Assembly (NCBI GenBank): GCA_033763455.1
Contig: JANRKO010000019.1
Location: 1-64,000, forward strand
Origin: Polyangiaceae bacterium
GTDB lineage: Bacteria > Myxococcota_A > Polyangia > Polyangiales > Polyangiaceae
DNA: 64,000 nt
Direction: 5' to 3'
The position numbers and the translations under genes are program-made. The number at the start of each line of letters is the position of its first letter. Position 1 is the stretch's first letter. The notes beneath the pieces were generated by a model. That model was not told the origin of the DNA, did no database searches, and was given only the letters and a program-made list of their open reading frames with translations. This document shows, piece by piece, positions 19,683 to 29,596 of the stretch.

Positions 19683-21514
19683 GCTCGGAAGGGCCAAACG
19701 GAGACGATGCCAGCGAAGGCTCCGGCGTTGAGCTTCGCTCGTCCACATCTCTGCCACTTCCGGCGTTAGTCCTTACAGGAATTGCTGGCTCCCCTGGTTA
19801 TGCCATCGGCCCCACCTGGGTGGTCGATGTGGCCCATGCTGGCGTGGTGCACCGGTCCATCAGCCGTGATGGGATCGCTGTAGAGGTTCAGCGTTTTGAA
19901 CGCGCGGTTCAGCAAACTGTGGTTGAGCTGCGCGAGGTGGTCAACACCTCGTCGGTGGGCGGCGCGGAGACCTCTATCCTTGAAGCCTATATACTGATGG
20001 TTTGCGATCCGACGCTGATGGCAAGCGTTCAGCAGCGAATAAAGAGCGATAGGCGCTGCGCTGAATGGGCAGTGGACACCGTTATTCGAGAAATGAGTCT
20101 CACGCTCAAACAAAGCGAAAATAGGTATCTTGCCGAGCGCAGTCACGACATTGAATTTGTGGGTGAACGGCTCCTGCGGGTTCTTACAGGTAAAGCCTCC
20201 GGCATTACCTTGCCAGAGGGGCCGACACCTTTCATTTTGGTTGCTCGGGATCTCTCGCCGGCTGAAACTCTTGGCCTCACCAAAGATCGCGTTTTGGCTC
20301 TCGTTACCGAGGCAGGCACGCGTACCAGCCATACGGCCATCTTAGCGCGCGCGCTTGATATCCCGGCAGTGATGGGGGTGGGAGATATCCTTTCCCAGAT
20401 CCAGCCGGGAGAAACGGCTCTGGTGGATGGCTCGCACGGGGTAGTGGCGCTGCGGCCTAGCCCAACTGCGATTGCTACAGCTCGGTTGCGCGAGGAACGC
20501 TATAGAAGCGTTGCCTCCGGGCTGCGTCGCCGGCGCAGGCAACCCACCACCACCCAGTGTGGCGTGGCAGTCCAGTTGAAGGCGAACATTGAGTTTTCGG
20601 GGGAGGCGTTAACCGCGCTTGAGAATGGTGCCCAGGGCATTGGTCTTTACCGAACCGAATTCCTCTACCTCGATCGTACGGATCTCCCTTCCGAGGAAGA
20701 GCAGTACCAAACGTACGCCCGCGTCCTTGAAAGCACCGCCCCGCTATCGGTCACTTTGCGCACCTTCGACATCGGTGCCGATAAATTCCCTAGAAGCTTG
20801 GCCGCGCCACTCGAACCAAACCCGGCTTTAGGTCTGCGCGCCGTGCGCCTAGCCTTAGAGCGGCCAGAGCTATTTCTCACTCAGCTTCGTGCTCTAGTTC
20901 GGGCTACCGCCCATGGTCGCGGACGAATTCTGTTGCCCATGATCTCGGCAGTTCACGAGTTTCGGGGCGCGCGCGCCTTGCTCCAGGAGGCTATAAATGA
21001 CGTGGACAAGCAGGGGTTGCCGCGTGCCCCCGAGATCCCCCTCGGAATGATGGTGGAGGTGCCGTCTGCCGCGATATTGGCGGATACGTTTGCGCGAGAA
21101 GCCGAGTTCCTGAGCATTGGCACCAACGACCTTGTTCAGTACACCTTGGCGGTAGATCGCAGCAATCGGCAGCTCGTACGCCTCGCCTCGTTCTTCGACC
21201 CTTCAGTGCTACAGCTGGTTGCCAATGTAGTGCGTGCTGGTGAACGACATGGACGGAGTGTGGCCGTGTGTGGAAGTATGGCGAGTGACCCACTAGCAGC
21301 GATCTTGCTAGTGGGCATGGGCCTGCGCGAGCTCAGCATGGAAGCTTCCGCAATCGGGACGGTGAAGGAAGCTCTGGGGCGGGTAACCGTGTCAGAGGCT
21401 GAAGCTGCTTGGGTCGCTTGCGCAGTGTTATCTGAAGCGGAGGCCGTGGATACGGAATTGGCTCAACGTTTTGCCCCCAGAATGTCCGATCTTTTGGACC
21501 GCGAGGTGGAATAG
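19679..21514 (+). CDS. ptsI: PEP-protein phosphotransferase (enzyme I)
   Basis: TSHTAILAR, GIGLYRTEF, PNPALGLR, SIGTNDLVQY; GTG start overlapping the HPr stop (inferred). Confidence 0.95.
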   Translation: MSSEGPNGDDASEGSGVELRSSTSLPLPALVLTGIAGSPGYAIGPTWVVDVAHAGVVHRSISRDGIAVEVQRFERAVQQTVVELREVVNTSSVGGAETSILEAYILMVCDPTLMASVQQRIKSDRRCAEWAVDTVIREMSLTLKQSENRYLAERSHDIEFVGERLLRVLTGKASGITLPEGPTPFILVARDLSPAETLGLTKDRVLALVTEAGTRTSHTAILARALDIPAVMGVGDILSQIQPGETALVDGSHGVVALRPSPTAIATARLREERYRSVASGLRRRRRQPTTTQCGVAVQLKANIEFSGEALTALENGAQGIGLYRTEFLYLDRTDLPSEEEQYQTYARVLESTAPLSVTLRTFDIGADKFPRSLAAPLEPNPALGLRAVRLALERPELFLTQLRALVRATAHGRGRILLPMISAVHEFRGARALLQEAINDVDKQGLPRAPEIPLGMMVEVPSAAILADTFAREAEFLSIGTNDLVQYTLAVDRSNRQLVRLASFFDPSVLQLVANVVRAGERHGRSVAVCGSMASDPLAAILLVGMGLRELSMEASAIGTVKEALGRVTVSEAEAAWVACAVLSEAEAVDTELAQRFAPRMSDLLDREVE

Positions 21515-21728
21515 GGCAGTAGCCTGTCAGTGGATATGCGACTGACCGACGGGGGCGTTGAGCGTTCCGGCTCAAGTCGCGTTTTGGGGGGCCGTTCAAC
21601 GGGTTAGCCTGAGGTCCCCATTGTTCGAAACGCGCAAATCACTAAAGCCGCAGATCCTCCGACATCCGTCGCTTTTGCCTTCCATCCGGGCACTTGCGCA
21701 CACCTTGCCGCCTGCGTTGGGCAAGGGC

Positions 21729-22709
21729 ATGGGAGGGTCGCTTTCGAAGGAACCCAAACAGGGGCGTAAGCTCAAGACGGCGGGTGCGCTCGCACTGGCT
21801 CTATTGATTGGTATCGGAGCCACCAAAGATGGGCAAAGAGGCCAACGCACGGATCTTTCTCCAACGATTGTGCACGGACAAGCTCTGCCGAAAATGAGCG
21901 ACAGTGGCAAACCACAACACTGGGTGAACAGAAACGTTGTGGTCACTATCGATGATTCTGTCGATAGGCTCGGTCCCTGGGCGCGTGGGGCCATCCAAGA
22001 CGCGTTTGGAACGTGGCTCGCAAGTGGTGTACCTGTCCCAGATCTAACGTTTTCCGCCAGTAAGCGCCAAAAGCTTGAACTCAAGCAAGACGGCGTAAAC
22101 AGTGTTGTCTACAAGGAGATCGATATTCCGGGACACACCAATGACCTGGCGGTAACCATTGCGTATTCCGACCCACAAACCGGCGAAATCGTTGAGAGCG
22201 ACATCATCATCAACAAGCGGCACCCTTTTGCCTCGTTGGATGAGTTAGCTCAAAAGGGAGAAGAGCCCTCCGACGCTGTCGTTACCACTGTGCAGGGCTC
22301 AACGGCTCCGGGCTCAACGATGCTGCAGCGTCAGGCATCCTGCAGCGGCGCCGTGCGCGGTGGGTGCGGGGGCAAGTTCGACCTCCAGAGCGTTCTCACG
22401 CATGAGGTTGGACACTTCTACGGCTTGAGCGAAGATTTCGAGGATCCGTACACCACAATGTTCGAGTGCACGAGCGCCTGTGAAACTCACAAGCGAGTCC
22501 TTGCCGCCGATGACATCTCCGCGATGAGTGAGATATACACACTCGAGGGCTCAGCCTCTGAGGAGGATGCGACAACGAACGCTGGCGTGGCACAGGGTTG
22601 CTCGGCGACGCCCCAGCACGCCCCAGCACGCCCCTGGCGTGCCCCGTGGCAGTTGGCCCTTGGTTCAGGAGTTCTCGGGCTCATCGTGCGCCGCCGCTTT
22701 CGCAGCTGA
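21729..22709 (+). CDS. Matrixin-like zinc metalloprotease with MYXO-CTERM-like tail
   Basis: HEVGHFYGLSE zinc motif, downstream Met-turn (TTMF), C-terminal GCS...TM...RRR. Confidence 0.8.
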   Translation: MGGSLSKEPKQGRKLKTAGALALALLIGIGATKDGQRGQRTDLSPTIVHGQALPKMSDSGKPQHWVNRNVVVTIDDSVDRLGPWARGAIQDAFGTWLASGVPVPDLTFSASKRQKLELKQDGVNSVVYKEIDIPGHTNDLAVTIAYSDPQTGEIVESDIIINKRHPFASLDELAQKGEEPSDAVVTTVQGSTAPGSTMLQRQASCSGAVRGGCGGKFDLQSVLTHEVGHFYGLSEDFEDPYTTMFECTSACETHKRVLAADDISAMSEIYTLEGSASEEDATTNAGVAQGCSATPQHAPARPWRAPWQLALGSGVLGLIVRRRFRS

Positions 22710-22875
22710 GCGGAAGCACAGTGAAATAGGGCTATTTGCCGCCATTTCGCCGAGAAATCCGCGGAAGGCGAGGTTGCGCTTGCCAGAGCGTTCCCCGGTG
22801 GGGTACGGACGCCCCTTCCGAATTGACCGGAAGGCGGCGCTCCGTATACTCGCGCCGTAATTTTTGGAGAACGTA

Positions 22876-23145
22876 ATGGCATTAGAACCTGAGGCAAGGC
22901 AGGCCGTAATTGAACAGCATCGCACCCACGAAGGGGACACGGGCTCACCTGAAGTACAGATCGCGCTGCTCAGCCAGCGAATTGGCCACCTGACGGGTCA
23001 CTTCAAGGTGCACGTCAAAGATCATCACTCTCGCCGCGGCCTCTTAAAAATTGTTGGGCAGCGTCGGCGCCTGCTGGATTACCTGAAGCGCAAAGATGTG
23101 GAGCGATATCGAAAGATCGTCTCCTCACTCAATCTCAGAAAGTAG
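22876..23145 (+). CDS. rpsO: 30S ribosomal protein S15
   Basis: [21 protein letters not shown]. Confidence 0.98.
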   Translation: MALEPEARQAVIEQHRTHEGDTGSPEVQIALLSQRIGHLTGHFKVHVKDHHSRRGLLKIVGQRRRLLDYLKRKDVERYRKIVSSLNLRK

Positions 23146-23316
23146 TAGTTTTTCTTCAATTCTCCGATGCCTCTGCGTCTTTAAACTTCATCCCCGTTTC
23201 GTGCGTGCGACCGGAGGGTCCCAGGTAGGAATCGAGGCTGAAGGAGAGAGAGGGCGCGAGTTATCGGCGTAGTACCGCACGCACGCGGTTTGGCGCCCTA
23301 AGGAGCGCACTCTCAA

Positions 23317-25554
23317 ATGTTTGTACGTGAATCCATTATGGTGGGCGGGCGACCGCTCACGTTCGAAACTGGCCGCCTGGCAAAGCAAGCGCACGGCTCC
23401 ATTCTCATCACCTTCGGCGAAAGCGTCGTTCTCGTTACGGCCACTTCCACCGAAGAGCGCCCTGGCCTCGATTTTTTCCCGCTCACCTGTGAATACGTCG
23501 AAAAGACGTACGCAGCCGGAAAGATTCCGGGCGGCTTCTTCAAGCGTGAAGGCCGCCTCCGAGACTACGAGATCCTCTCTTCCCGCCTGATGGATCGGCC
23601 GCTTCGCCCGATGTTCCCGGAGGGCTTCAAGAAGGATACGCAGGTGATTGCTACCGTGATGAGCACGGATAAGCAAAACCCCACGGACGTACTGGCGCTC
23701 ACGGGGGCCTCAGCCGCGCTTCACGTCTCGGATATCCCGTGGGACGGCCCGATCGCCGGCATGCGGGTAGCCCGCGTTCAGGGTGATTTCGTGGTGTACC
23801 CCACGTTTGAGCAGATTGAAAAGGCGGACATCGATCTGGTTGTTGCGGCAAGCCGCGACGCCATCGTGATGGTGGAGGGCGGAGCCGATGAAGCCTCCGA
23901 GGGCGACATCATCGATGCGCTCATGTTTGCACATGCCCAAGCTCAGCCCATTTTGGATTTGATCGATAAGCTGCGTGCAGCTGTTGGCAAGCCCAAGCGT
24001 GAGTTCTCGATCCCCAAGCTGGATGCCGCTATTGCCGCCCAGGTCGCGCAGATCGCCGATTCGAAGATCGCGGTTGCGTGCGTCATCAAGGAAAAGAAGG
24101 CTCGCTACGAAGCCTATGCCGCCATCAAGTCCGAAGTAGTAACGTCGCTCAAGGCGTCGCTCGGGGACGAAAAGTACGCCACCGTCGAGAAGCTCATCAA
24201 AGAAGAGATCGAGGAGCGCAAGGCGCACGTTGTTCGCTCGATGGTGCTTGATACCGGTAAGCGCATTGATGGCCGTGACACCAAGACGATTCGCGCTATC
24301 AGTTGCGAAGTTGGCCTCCTGCCGCGCACCCACGGTTCGGCTCTCTTTCAGCGCGGCGAAACCCAAGCCATTGTCACCACAACGCTTGGTACGGCCACCG
24401 ATGAGCAGAAGATCGACGCGCTCACGGGTGAATCTTGGAAGCGCTTCATGCTCCACTACAACTTCCCGCCCTTCAGCACCGGCGAAACGAAGCCGATGCG
24501 TGGTCCGGGTCGTCGCGAAATTGGGCACGGAGCTTTGGCAGAACGGGCCATGGAGCGCATGCTCCCTTCGCCTGAGGCGTTTCCCTACACAGTTCGCGTG
24601 GTGAGTGAGATCCTCGAATCCAATGGTTCAAGCTCAATGGCGAGTGTTTGCGGAGCCACTCTGAGCATGATGGATTGTGGCATGCCGCTGAAGAAGCCTG
24701 TTGCGGGCATCGCGATGGGCCTCATTACCGATGGCGGAAAAGTTGCTATCTTGAGCGATATCTTGGGTGATGAAGATCACCTGGGTGACATGGATTTTAA
24801 AGTCTGTGGCACCGATCGCGGCATCACCGCGATTCAGATGGACATCAAGATCAAGGGCCTTGAGCGTTCGATTCTGCAGCGGGCTCTTGATCAGGCCCGT
24901 GAGGGCCGCCTGCACATCCTCGGTAAGATGCTGGAGACGCTCCCTGTTGCTCGCACCGAGATCAACCGTCACGCTCCGCGCATCACCACGGTGAAGGTTC
25001 GCCCCGATCAGATCCGCATCATCATTGGTCCAGGCGGCAAGACGATCAAAGGCATTGTTGAGCAAACGGGCTGCAGCGTGGACGTCAAAGACGACGGCAC
25101 CGTTGCAATCGCTAGCTCGGACTCAGAAGCCGTGCAGCGCGCTGTGAAAATTGTTGAAGGCCTCGTGATGGAGCCGGAAGTTGGAGCCATCTACAAGGGC
25201 ACCGTACGACGCTTGGTAGATTTCGGCGCGTTCGTCGAAATTATTCCGAACACCGAGGCTTTACTTCACGTCTCTGAGATCTCGCACGAACGGGTGAATT
25301 CTCCGGCGGATGTGTTGGCCGAGGGCGATGAGATCGAGGTCAAAGTTATCAGCATGGAGAAAGACGGAAAGATCCGTCTTTCTCGGCGTGAGCTGCTCCC
25401 GTTCCCAGAGGGCGACGAGGGCGAAATGGCTAAAGAACGCATGGCTAAGGCTCGCGAAGCCGGGCCTCCGGCAGGTCGAGGCGGCCCTGGTGGTGGGCGA
25501 CGTGACGGTCGCAGTGGTGGTGGCGATCGCGATCGCGGCCGTCCCCGCCGCTAA
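23317..25554 (+). CDS. pnp: Polyribonucleotide nucleotidyltransferase
   Basis: ETGRLAKQA, RREIGHGALA, SNGSSSMAS, GDMDFK, KH and S1 domains. Confidence 0.98.
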   Translation: MFVRESIMVGGRPLTFETGRLAKQAHGSILITFGESVVLVTATSTEERPGLDFFPLTCEYVEKTYAAGKIPGGFFKREGRLRDYEILSSRLMDRPLRPMFPEGFKKDTQVIATVMSTDKQNPTDVLALTGASAALHVSDIPWDGPIAGMRVARVQGDFVVYPTFEQIEKADIDLVVAASRDAIVMVEGGADEASEGDIIDALMFAHAQAQPILDLIDKLRAAVGKPKREFSIPKLDAAIAAQVAQIADSKIAVACVIKEKKARYEAYAAIKSEVVTSLKASLGDEKYATVEKLIKEEIEERKAHVVRSMVLDTGKRIDGRDTKTIRAISCEVGLLPRTHGSALFQRGETQAIVTTTLGTATDEQKIDALTGESWKRFMLHYNFPPFSTGETKPMRGPGRREIGHGALAERAMERMLPSPEAFPYTVRVVSEILESNGSSSMASVCGATLSMMDCGMPLKKPVAGIAMGLITDGGKVAILSDILGDEDHLGDMDFKVCGTDRGITAIQMDIKIKGLERSILQRALDQAREGRLHILGKMLETLPVARTEINRHAPRITTVKVRPDQIRIIIGPGGKTIKGIVEQTGCSVDVKDDGTVAIASSDSEAVQRAVKIVEGLVMEPEVGAIYKGTVRRLVDFGAFVEIIPNTEALLHVSEISHERVNSPADVLAEGDEIEVKVISMEKDGKIRLSRRELLPFPEGDEGEMAKERMAKAREAGPPAGRGGPGGGRRDGRSGGGDRDRGRPRR

Positions 25555-25573
25555 TCGCAGTGAACATCGCAGA

Positions 25574-25594
25574 GGGCCTCCAATCTGGGGGCCC
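25574..25594. terminator. Possible hairpin between convergent pnp and gloA
   Basis: GGGCCTCCA-ATC-TGGGGGCCC stem-loop; no U tract. Confidence 0.3.
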
Positions 25595-25657
25595 GCTTCA
25601 TGGAATTGCTTAAGAGCTGCCAGCATCCTTCGGGAGGGCAGCTCTTCGGCGTTTACG

Positions 25658-26074
25658 TTACCACTTGCCAACGTTGGGCATGGAAACCCAAGGCTCCGCG
25701 GGTGGTAACGAGCCATCTTGGAGGAGCTCGATGGAGATGTTGTCCGGGGAGCGAACGAAGGCCATGTGCCCGTCACGCGGGGGGCGATTGATGGTGACGC
25801 CGTTCTCCATGAGTCGCGTGCAGAGCTCGTAGATATTCTCTACCCGGTACGCCAGGTGCCCAAAATTGCGACTTCCGGTTAACTCTTCAGGATCCCAATT
25901 GTAGGTGAGCTCAAGCTGTGCTTCCGGTTGCCCGGGTGCGGAGAGAAATACCAAAGTGAAACGGCCTTTCTCGTTCATTGTGCGGCCAACCTCCACGAGC
26001 CCGAGCAGGTTTACGTAGAAATGGAGGGACTTTTCGAGGTCACTCACTCGGACCATCGTGTGCAGATACTTCAT
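25658..26074 (-). CDS. gloA: Lactoylglutathione lyase (glyoxalase I)
   Basis: [29 protein letters not shown]. Confidence 0.9.
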   Translation of the reverse strand: MKYLHTMVRVSDLEKSLHFYVNLLGLVEVGRTMNEKGRFTLVFLSAPGQPEAQLELTYNWDPEELTGSRNFGHLAYRVENIYELCTRLMENGVTINRPPRDGHMAFVRSPDNISIELLQDGSLPPAEPWVSMPNVGKW

Positions 26075-26124
26075 GAAGCGTCATCCAATCAGTGATACGT
26101 TGGTTCTGCAAGGAGTCCTTGGCT

Positions 26125-27000
26125 ATGACTGAAATAACAAAAACACGGGCGTTCGAGGGCAACTCGGAGGCTATCGAAGCATGGAACGGCGTTCTTTTTG
26201 ATAAGTTCAGTCGGTTCCGTTACCTCATAGTCGACGGGCTAGCTCATTTCGGTACCCACGCTTTGGCGCGCCACCGCCCCGAGGCGGGCAGCCGAGTGTT
26301 GGATATCGGTTGTGGCTTTGGAGATATGACGCGAGAGCTTGCCGAGGTCGTGGGGAGCCGTGGCGAAGCTGTGGGTGTAGACGCGGCCGCGAGGTTTATT
26401 GAGGCCGCCAAGAGTGAAGCGCTTCATATACAGCAGGCCCAATTCCTGGTGCGGGATGTAGAGGTCGACGACCTCGGAGGGCCCTATCAAGGGGCCTTTT
26501 CACGTTTTGGAACGATGTTTTTTACGAGCCCTGTGGCGGCGTTTCGAAATGTTCGACGCTCGTTGCTTCCGGGAGCAAAGCTCGTGATGACGGTGTGGCG
26601 CCACAAGGAAGACAATCCATGGGTTCGCGTGGCGGAGGTTGCGGTCGAAAAGCTCGTCACCTTGCCTGCAACTACCGATGAGGCAACATGCGGGCCGGGC
26701 CCGTTTTCCATGGCGAATGCCAACCTTCTGAGTTCCCAGCTTCTGGCAGGCGGGTTCGGAGAAGTCACCCTAGAGCGATTCGATGCTCCGGTGCTTCTGG
26801 GGCGAACATTGGCGGAAGCCGTCGAATGTGGCATGGCCGTGGGCCCCGCCGGCGAAGTGCTGCGGTTGGCAGGGTCAAGCGCTGAAGCTCTCAAGCCCGA
26901 AGTGGCGGAAGCATTGAGCCGTGCGTTTACCCCATACATCACCAAGGAAGGTGTCTACTTGGGTGGCAGTGCCTGGGTTGTTTCTGCGATCGCGGGGTGA
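26125..27000 (+). CDS. Class I SAM-dependent methyltransferase
   Basis: VLDIGCGFG, SRFGTMFF, PGPFSMA. Confidence 0.9.
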   Translation: MTEITKTRAFEGNSEAIEAWNGVLFDKFSRFRYLIVDGLAHFGTHALARHRPEAGSRVLDIGCGFGDMTRELAEVVGSRGEAVGVDAAARFIEAAKSEALHIQQAQFLVRDVEVDDLGGPYQGAFSRFGTMFFTSPVAAFRNVRRSLLPGAKLVMTVWRHKEDNPWVRVAEVAVEKLVTLPATTDEATCGPGPFSMANANLLSSQLLAGGFGEVTLERFDAPVLLGRTLAEAVECGMAVGPAGEVLRLAGSSAEALKPEVAEALSRAFTPYITKEGVYLGGSAWVVSAIAG

Positions 27001-27088
27001 ATCCTTGGCTGGCTAAAGGACAAGCCTGAAACGGTGAGGCACCAATCGCAGAGCTTTGGCGGGTGCAGGTGCACACGCCTGGGGCGGC

Positions 27089-29506
27089 TTAGTGCGGCGC
27101 GAGGCGTTGAGTGATCTTCACAACAACGGCGCGGAACTTCTCGGCTTCTTTAACGCAGGGGGGATTGCACGGGTGCGCCTTCCACTTGCCACAGCCGCGT
27201 TTGGTCCCGGTTGCGAGGGAGGTGAGGAGCTGAACACTGCGCTCATCTCCCAGCCCTGTTGCGCGCGTGAGGAGTGGGAGCCGAGCTTCACAGGTAGCAG
27301 CGTCCCGAAGGTCGAGTGCGATGGAGAGAGCTGGAGTGGCTTGTGCTCGCACGCTTGGATCCTGGAGTAGCTTATCTGCGCGTTCTTTGAGCTTGGGGTT
27401 GGTGGTCGCGAGGTCGAACAAAAGATCGACTCCCGTGCTTCCCATCTTCTTCGCCAACAAATTGAACGCCTGGTCCGAGGCCTCCCCGGGAGTGGCCGCA
27501 GCGCTTTTGAGAATAATACCGAAGTTCTGATCTCGGGCTTTTTCTGGGACTATTTCCAGCAAACGTTGGGCAATCACCATGGCGTCGCGGCGGCTTGTCG
27601 CGCGGCTGGCAAAGGCGGCGAAGAGCGGCTCAAGGACGAGCGGCTCCTTCGGGTAACGCTCAGCAAGCGGCAGGAGGCCCTCCACGCCTTGTGCGATGGC
27701 CTGGGCTAGCTCGGCATCGGTGGGGCGGCCCGACGCGGCTGGTTGGGTTTGAAAGGGCTTGCTGAGCGGGCTGGGTTGGTTGGGCTGATTGGGGCCTAGT
27801 GCTTCATCTTTGGGAGCGGTGACGCCCACCTTGTTTGAATTGCCGTCGAGCGATGGGCTTGCGGCAGTTGCAGATTGTGGCCCCACTGAAGAGAGATCGG
27901 CCCCGGCTCGCCAAGCGCCGCCCAGGAGCAATGCCAAGCCCGCGAGAAGGGTGGTGGCGAAGGCAATAATAGGTCGCAACAAGAGGCGTTGGATACGTGT
28001 GTTCCGGGTGCTTTGCAGGCGCGTGTGCAGGGCAGTGGTTCCCGCGGCGAGTAAGGCAATCACCGAAAACAACAGATCCCAACCCAGAAAGCCTGAGCCA
28101 CCCGCCACAGGGCCTAGTGGTGACCAACCGTAACGACTGAGCACCACGTCCGCCAGGCGCACCAAAAGACTCGCGCTGCCATAGGCTGCAATTCCAGCTA
28201 CCAACGGAGGATACAGGCGATCGATGTAATCGAGTACCCGGGCGCTATTTTCCCAGGCTCGCCGGAGATTGGTTATCACCAAGATGCCGGGTGTGAGCGC
28301 CGTGCCGAATGCCACGAGCATCAGCAGCGTGAATTCCGTCGCCGAAAATTTGAGACCCGCCAAAAGTTCGATACCGGCAACGGCGACGGCAAATAGCGAC
28401 ACCAAAGCAAACACAATCATCAGCAAAAGCCCCACCAAACGTGGGCGGGCACTGCGTACCTGATCGGCCTGTACATCCAGAGAAATAGCGGATTCGAGGG
28501 GCATGCGTGTGGGGCTGACGGGTGTTGGTGGGGTGTCCAACGCTGCCAGTGCCCGCCCCAAGCTCACACAATCCTGATAGCGATCGTCAGGCTTTTTCGC
28601 CATCGCTCGCTGCACCACGAGCTCAAGGCTCTCGGGGATGCTGGGTTCGAGTGAACGCAGCCTTTCAGGCTCTCTTCCCATCACGGAAAGTACTGTCTGC
28701 TGTGGAGTTGAGCCCTCAAAGGGGGCCTTTCCCGTCAGCGCCGAATATAGAATCGCCCCCACTCCGTAAATATCTATTCTGTGGTCGCCCCGTTGCCCGT
28801 GCGCCTGTTCGGGCGACATGTAGCTCGGCGTACCCATGATGAAGCCTGTTTTGGTGAGTTGATCATCGGTGCCGTCAGCGAAGCGCGAAAGACCGAAATC
28901 GAGTACTCGAATATCAAGGATCGCACTGGCACCGGCGCTGCGATCTCCCAGCAAAAACACGTTTTGCGGTTTAAGATCGCGATGGATCACGCCCCGGGCG
29001 TGTGCGGCCGCCAGGGCATCACATACCTGCGCGCCAATGCGCACCGCGGCAGGCCAAGAGAGCCTTCCGACGCGCTCTAGGTGTTCGGCGAGATCAACCC
29101 CTTCCAAAAGATCACACACCATGTAGGCGAGGCCTTGAGGCGTTCGATCAACGTCGTACACGCCGATGACATTGGGATGAGCAATGCTGGCTGTGGCTTC
29201 AGCTTCGCGCTGAAAACGCACCATTACCTCCGGGTGGCGCGCAAACTCCGGCAGCAACACCTTGATCGCAAATCGCTTGTTCTGAATGCGAGTGTGGCGT
29301 GCTTCATAAACGCGACCCATGCCCCCTTCGCCGATGCAACGCTCCACCACGTAGGTTCCATTGAGCACGGCTCCGACCAAAGGATCTTCCACGTCGGAGG
29401 GGGGAGGATGCGCAGAAAACCCGCTGGCTGCTGCAAGTTGTCCCGCCTCGCTTTCGAGCGTGAGGGTGGGGGCTTCTTTGGGAGCCGAGGCGAGGGGGTT
29501 GGTCAT
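27089..29506 (-). CDS. Membrane Ser/Thr protein kinase
   Basis: IGEGGMGRVY, IHRDLKPQN, DFG, GTPSYMSPE; several TMs; start approximate. Confidence 0.93.
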   Translation of the reverse strand: MTNPLASAPKEAPTLTLESEAGQLAAASGFSAHPPPSDVEDPLVGAVLNGTYVVERCIGEGGMGRVYEARHTRIQNKRFAIKVLLPEFARHPEVMVRFQREAEATASIAHPNVIGVYDVDRTPQGLAYMVCDLLEGVDLAEHLERVGRLSWPAAVRIGAQVCDALAAAHARGVIHRDLKPQNVFLLGDRSAGASAILDIRVLDFGLSRFADGTDDQLTKTGFIMGTPSYMSPEQAHGQRGDHRIDIYGVGAILYSALTGKAPFEGSTPQQTVLSVMGREPERLRSLEPSIPESLELVVQRAMAKKPDDRYQDCVSLGRALAALDTPPTPVSPTRMPLESAISLDVQADQVRSARPRLVGLLLMIVFALVSLFAVAVAGIELLAGLKFSATEFTLLMLVAFGTALTPGILVITNLRRAWENSARVLDYIDRLYPPLVAGIAAYGSASLLVRLADVVLSRYGWSPLGPVAGGSGFLGWDLLFSVIALLAAGTTALHTRLQSTRNTRIQRLLLRPIIAFATTLLAGLALLLGGAWRAGADLSSVGPQSATAASPSLDGNSNKVGVTAPKDEALGPNQPNQPSPLSKPFQTQPAASGRPTDAELAQAIAQGVEGLLPLAERYPKEPLVLEPLFAAFASRATSRRDAMVIAQRLLEIVPEKARDQNFGIILKSAAATPGEASDQAFNLLAKKMGSTGVDLLFDLATTNPKLKERADKLLQDPSVRAQATPALSIALDLRDAATCEARLPLLTRATGLGDERSVQLLTSLATGTKRGCGKWKAHPCNPPCVKEAEKFRAVVVKITQRLAPH

Positions 29507-29596
29507 TGCGTCTGAGGCAGCAAACAGCTGAAAAGGCTTGGCTGTTCTGAGTGTGTCGGGGCAAAGACTACAAAACCTAGGCACCCCGGGCCACCC

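Noticed and set aside
22390..22445. Metalloprotease inactivated because the third zinc His is Glu
   Set aside because: HExxH is intact and an acidic third ligand is plausible; no evidence of decay
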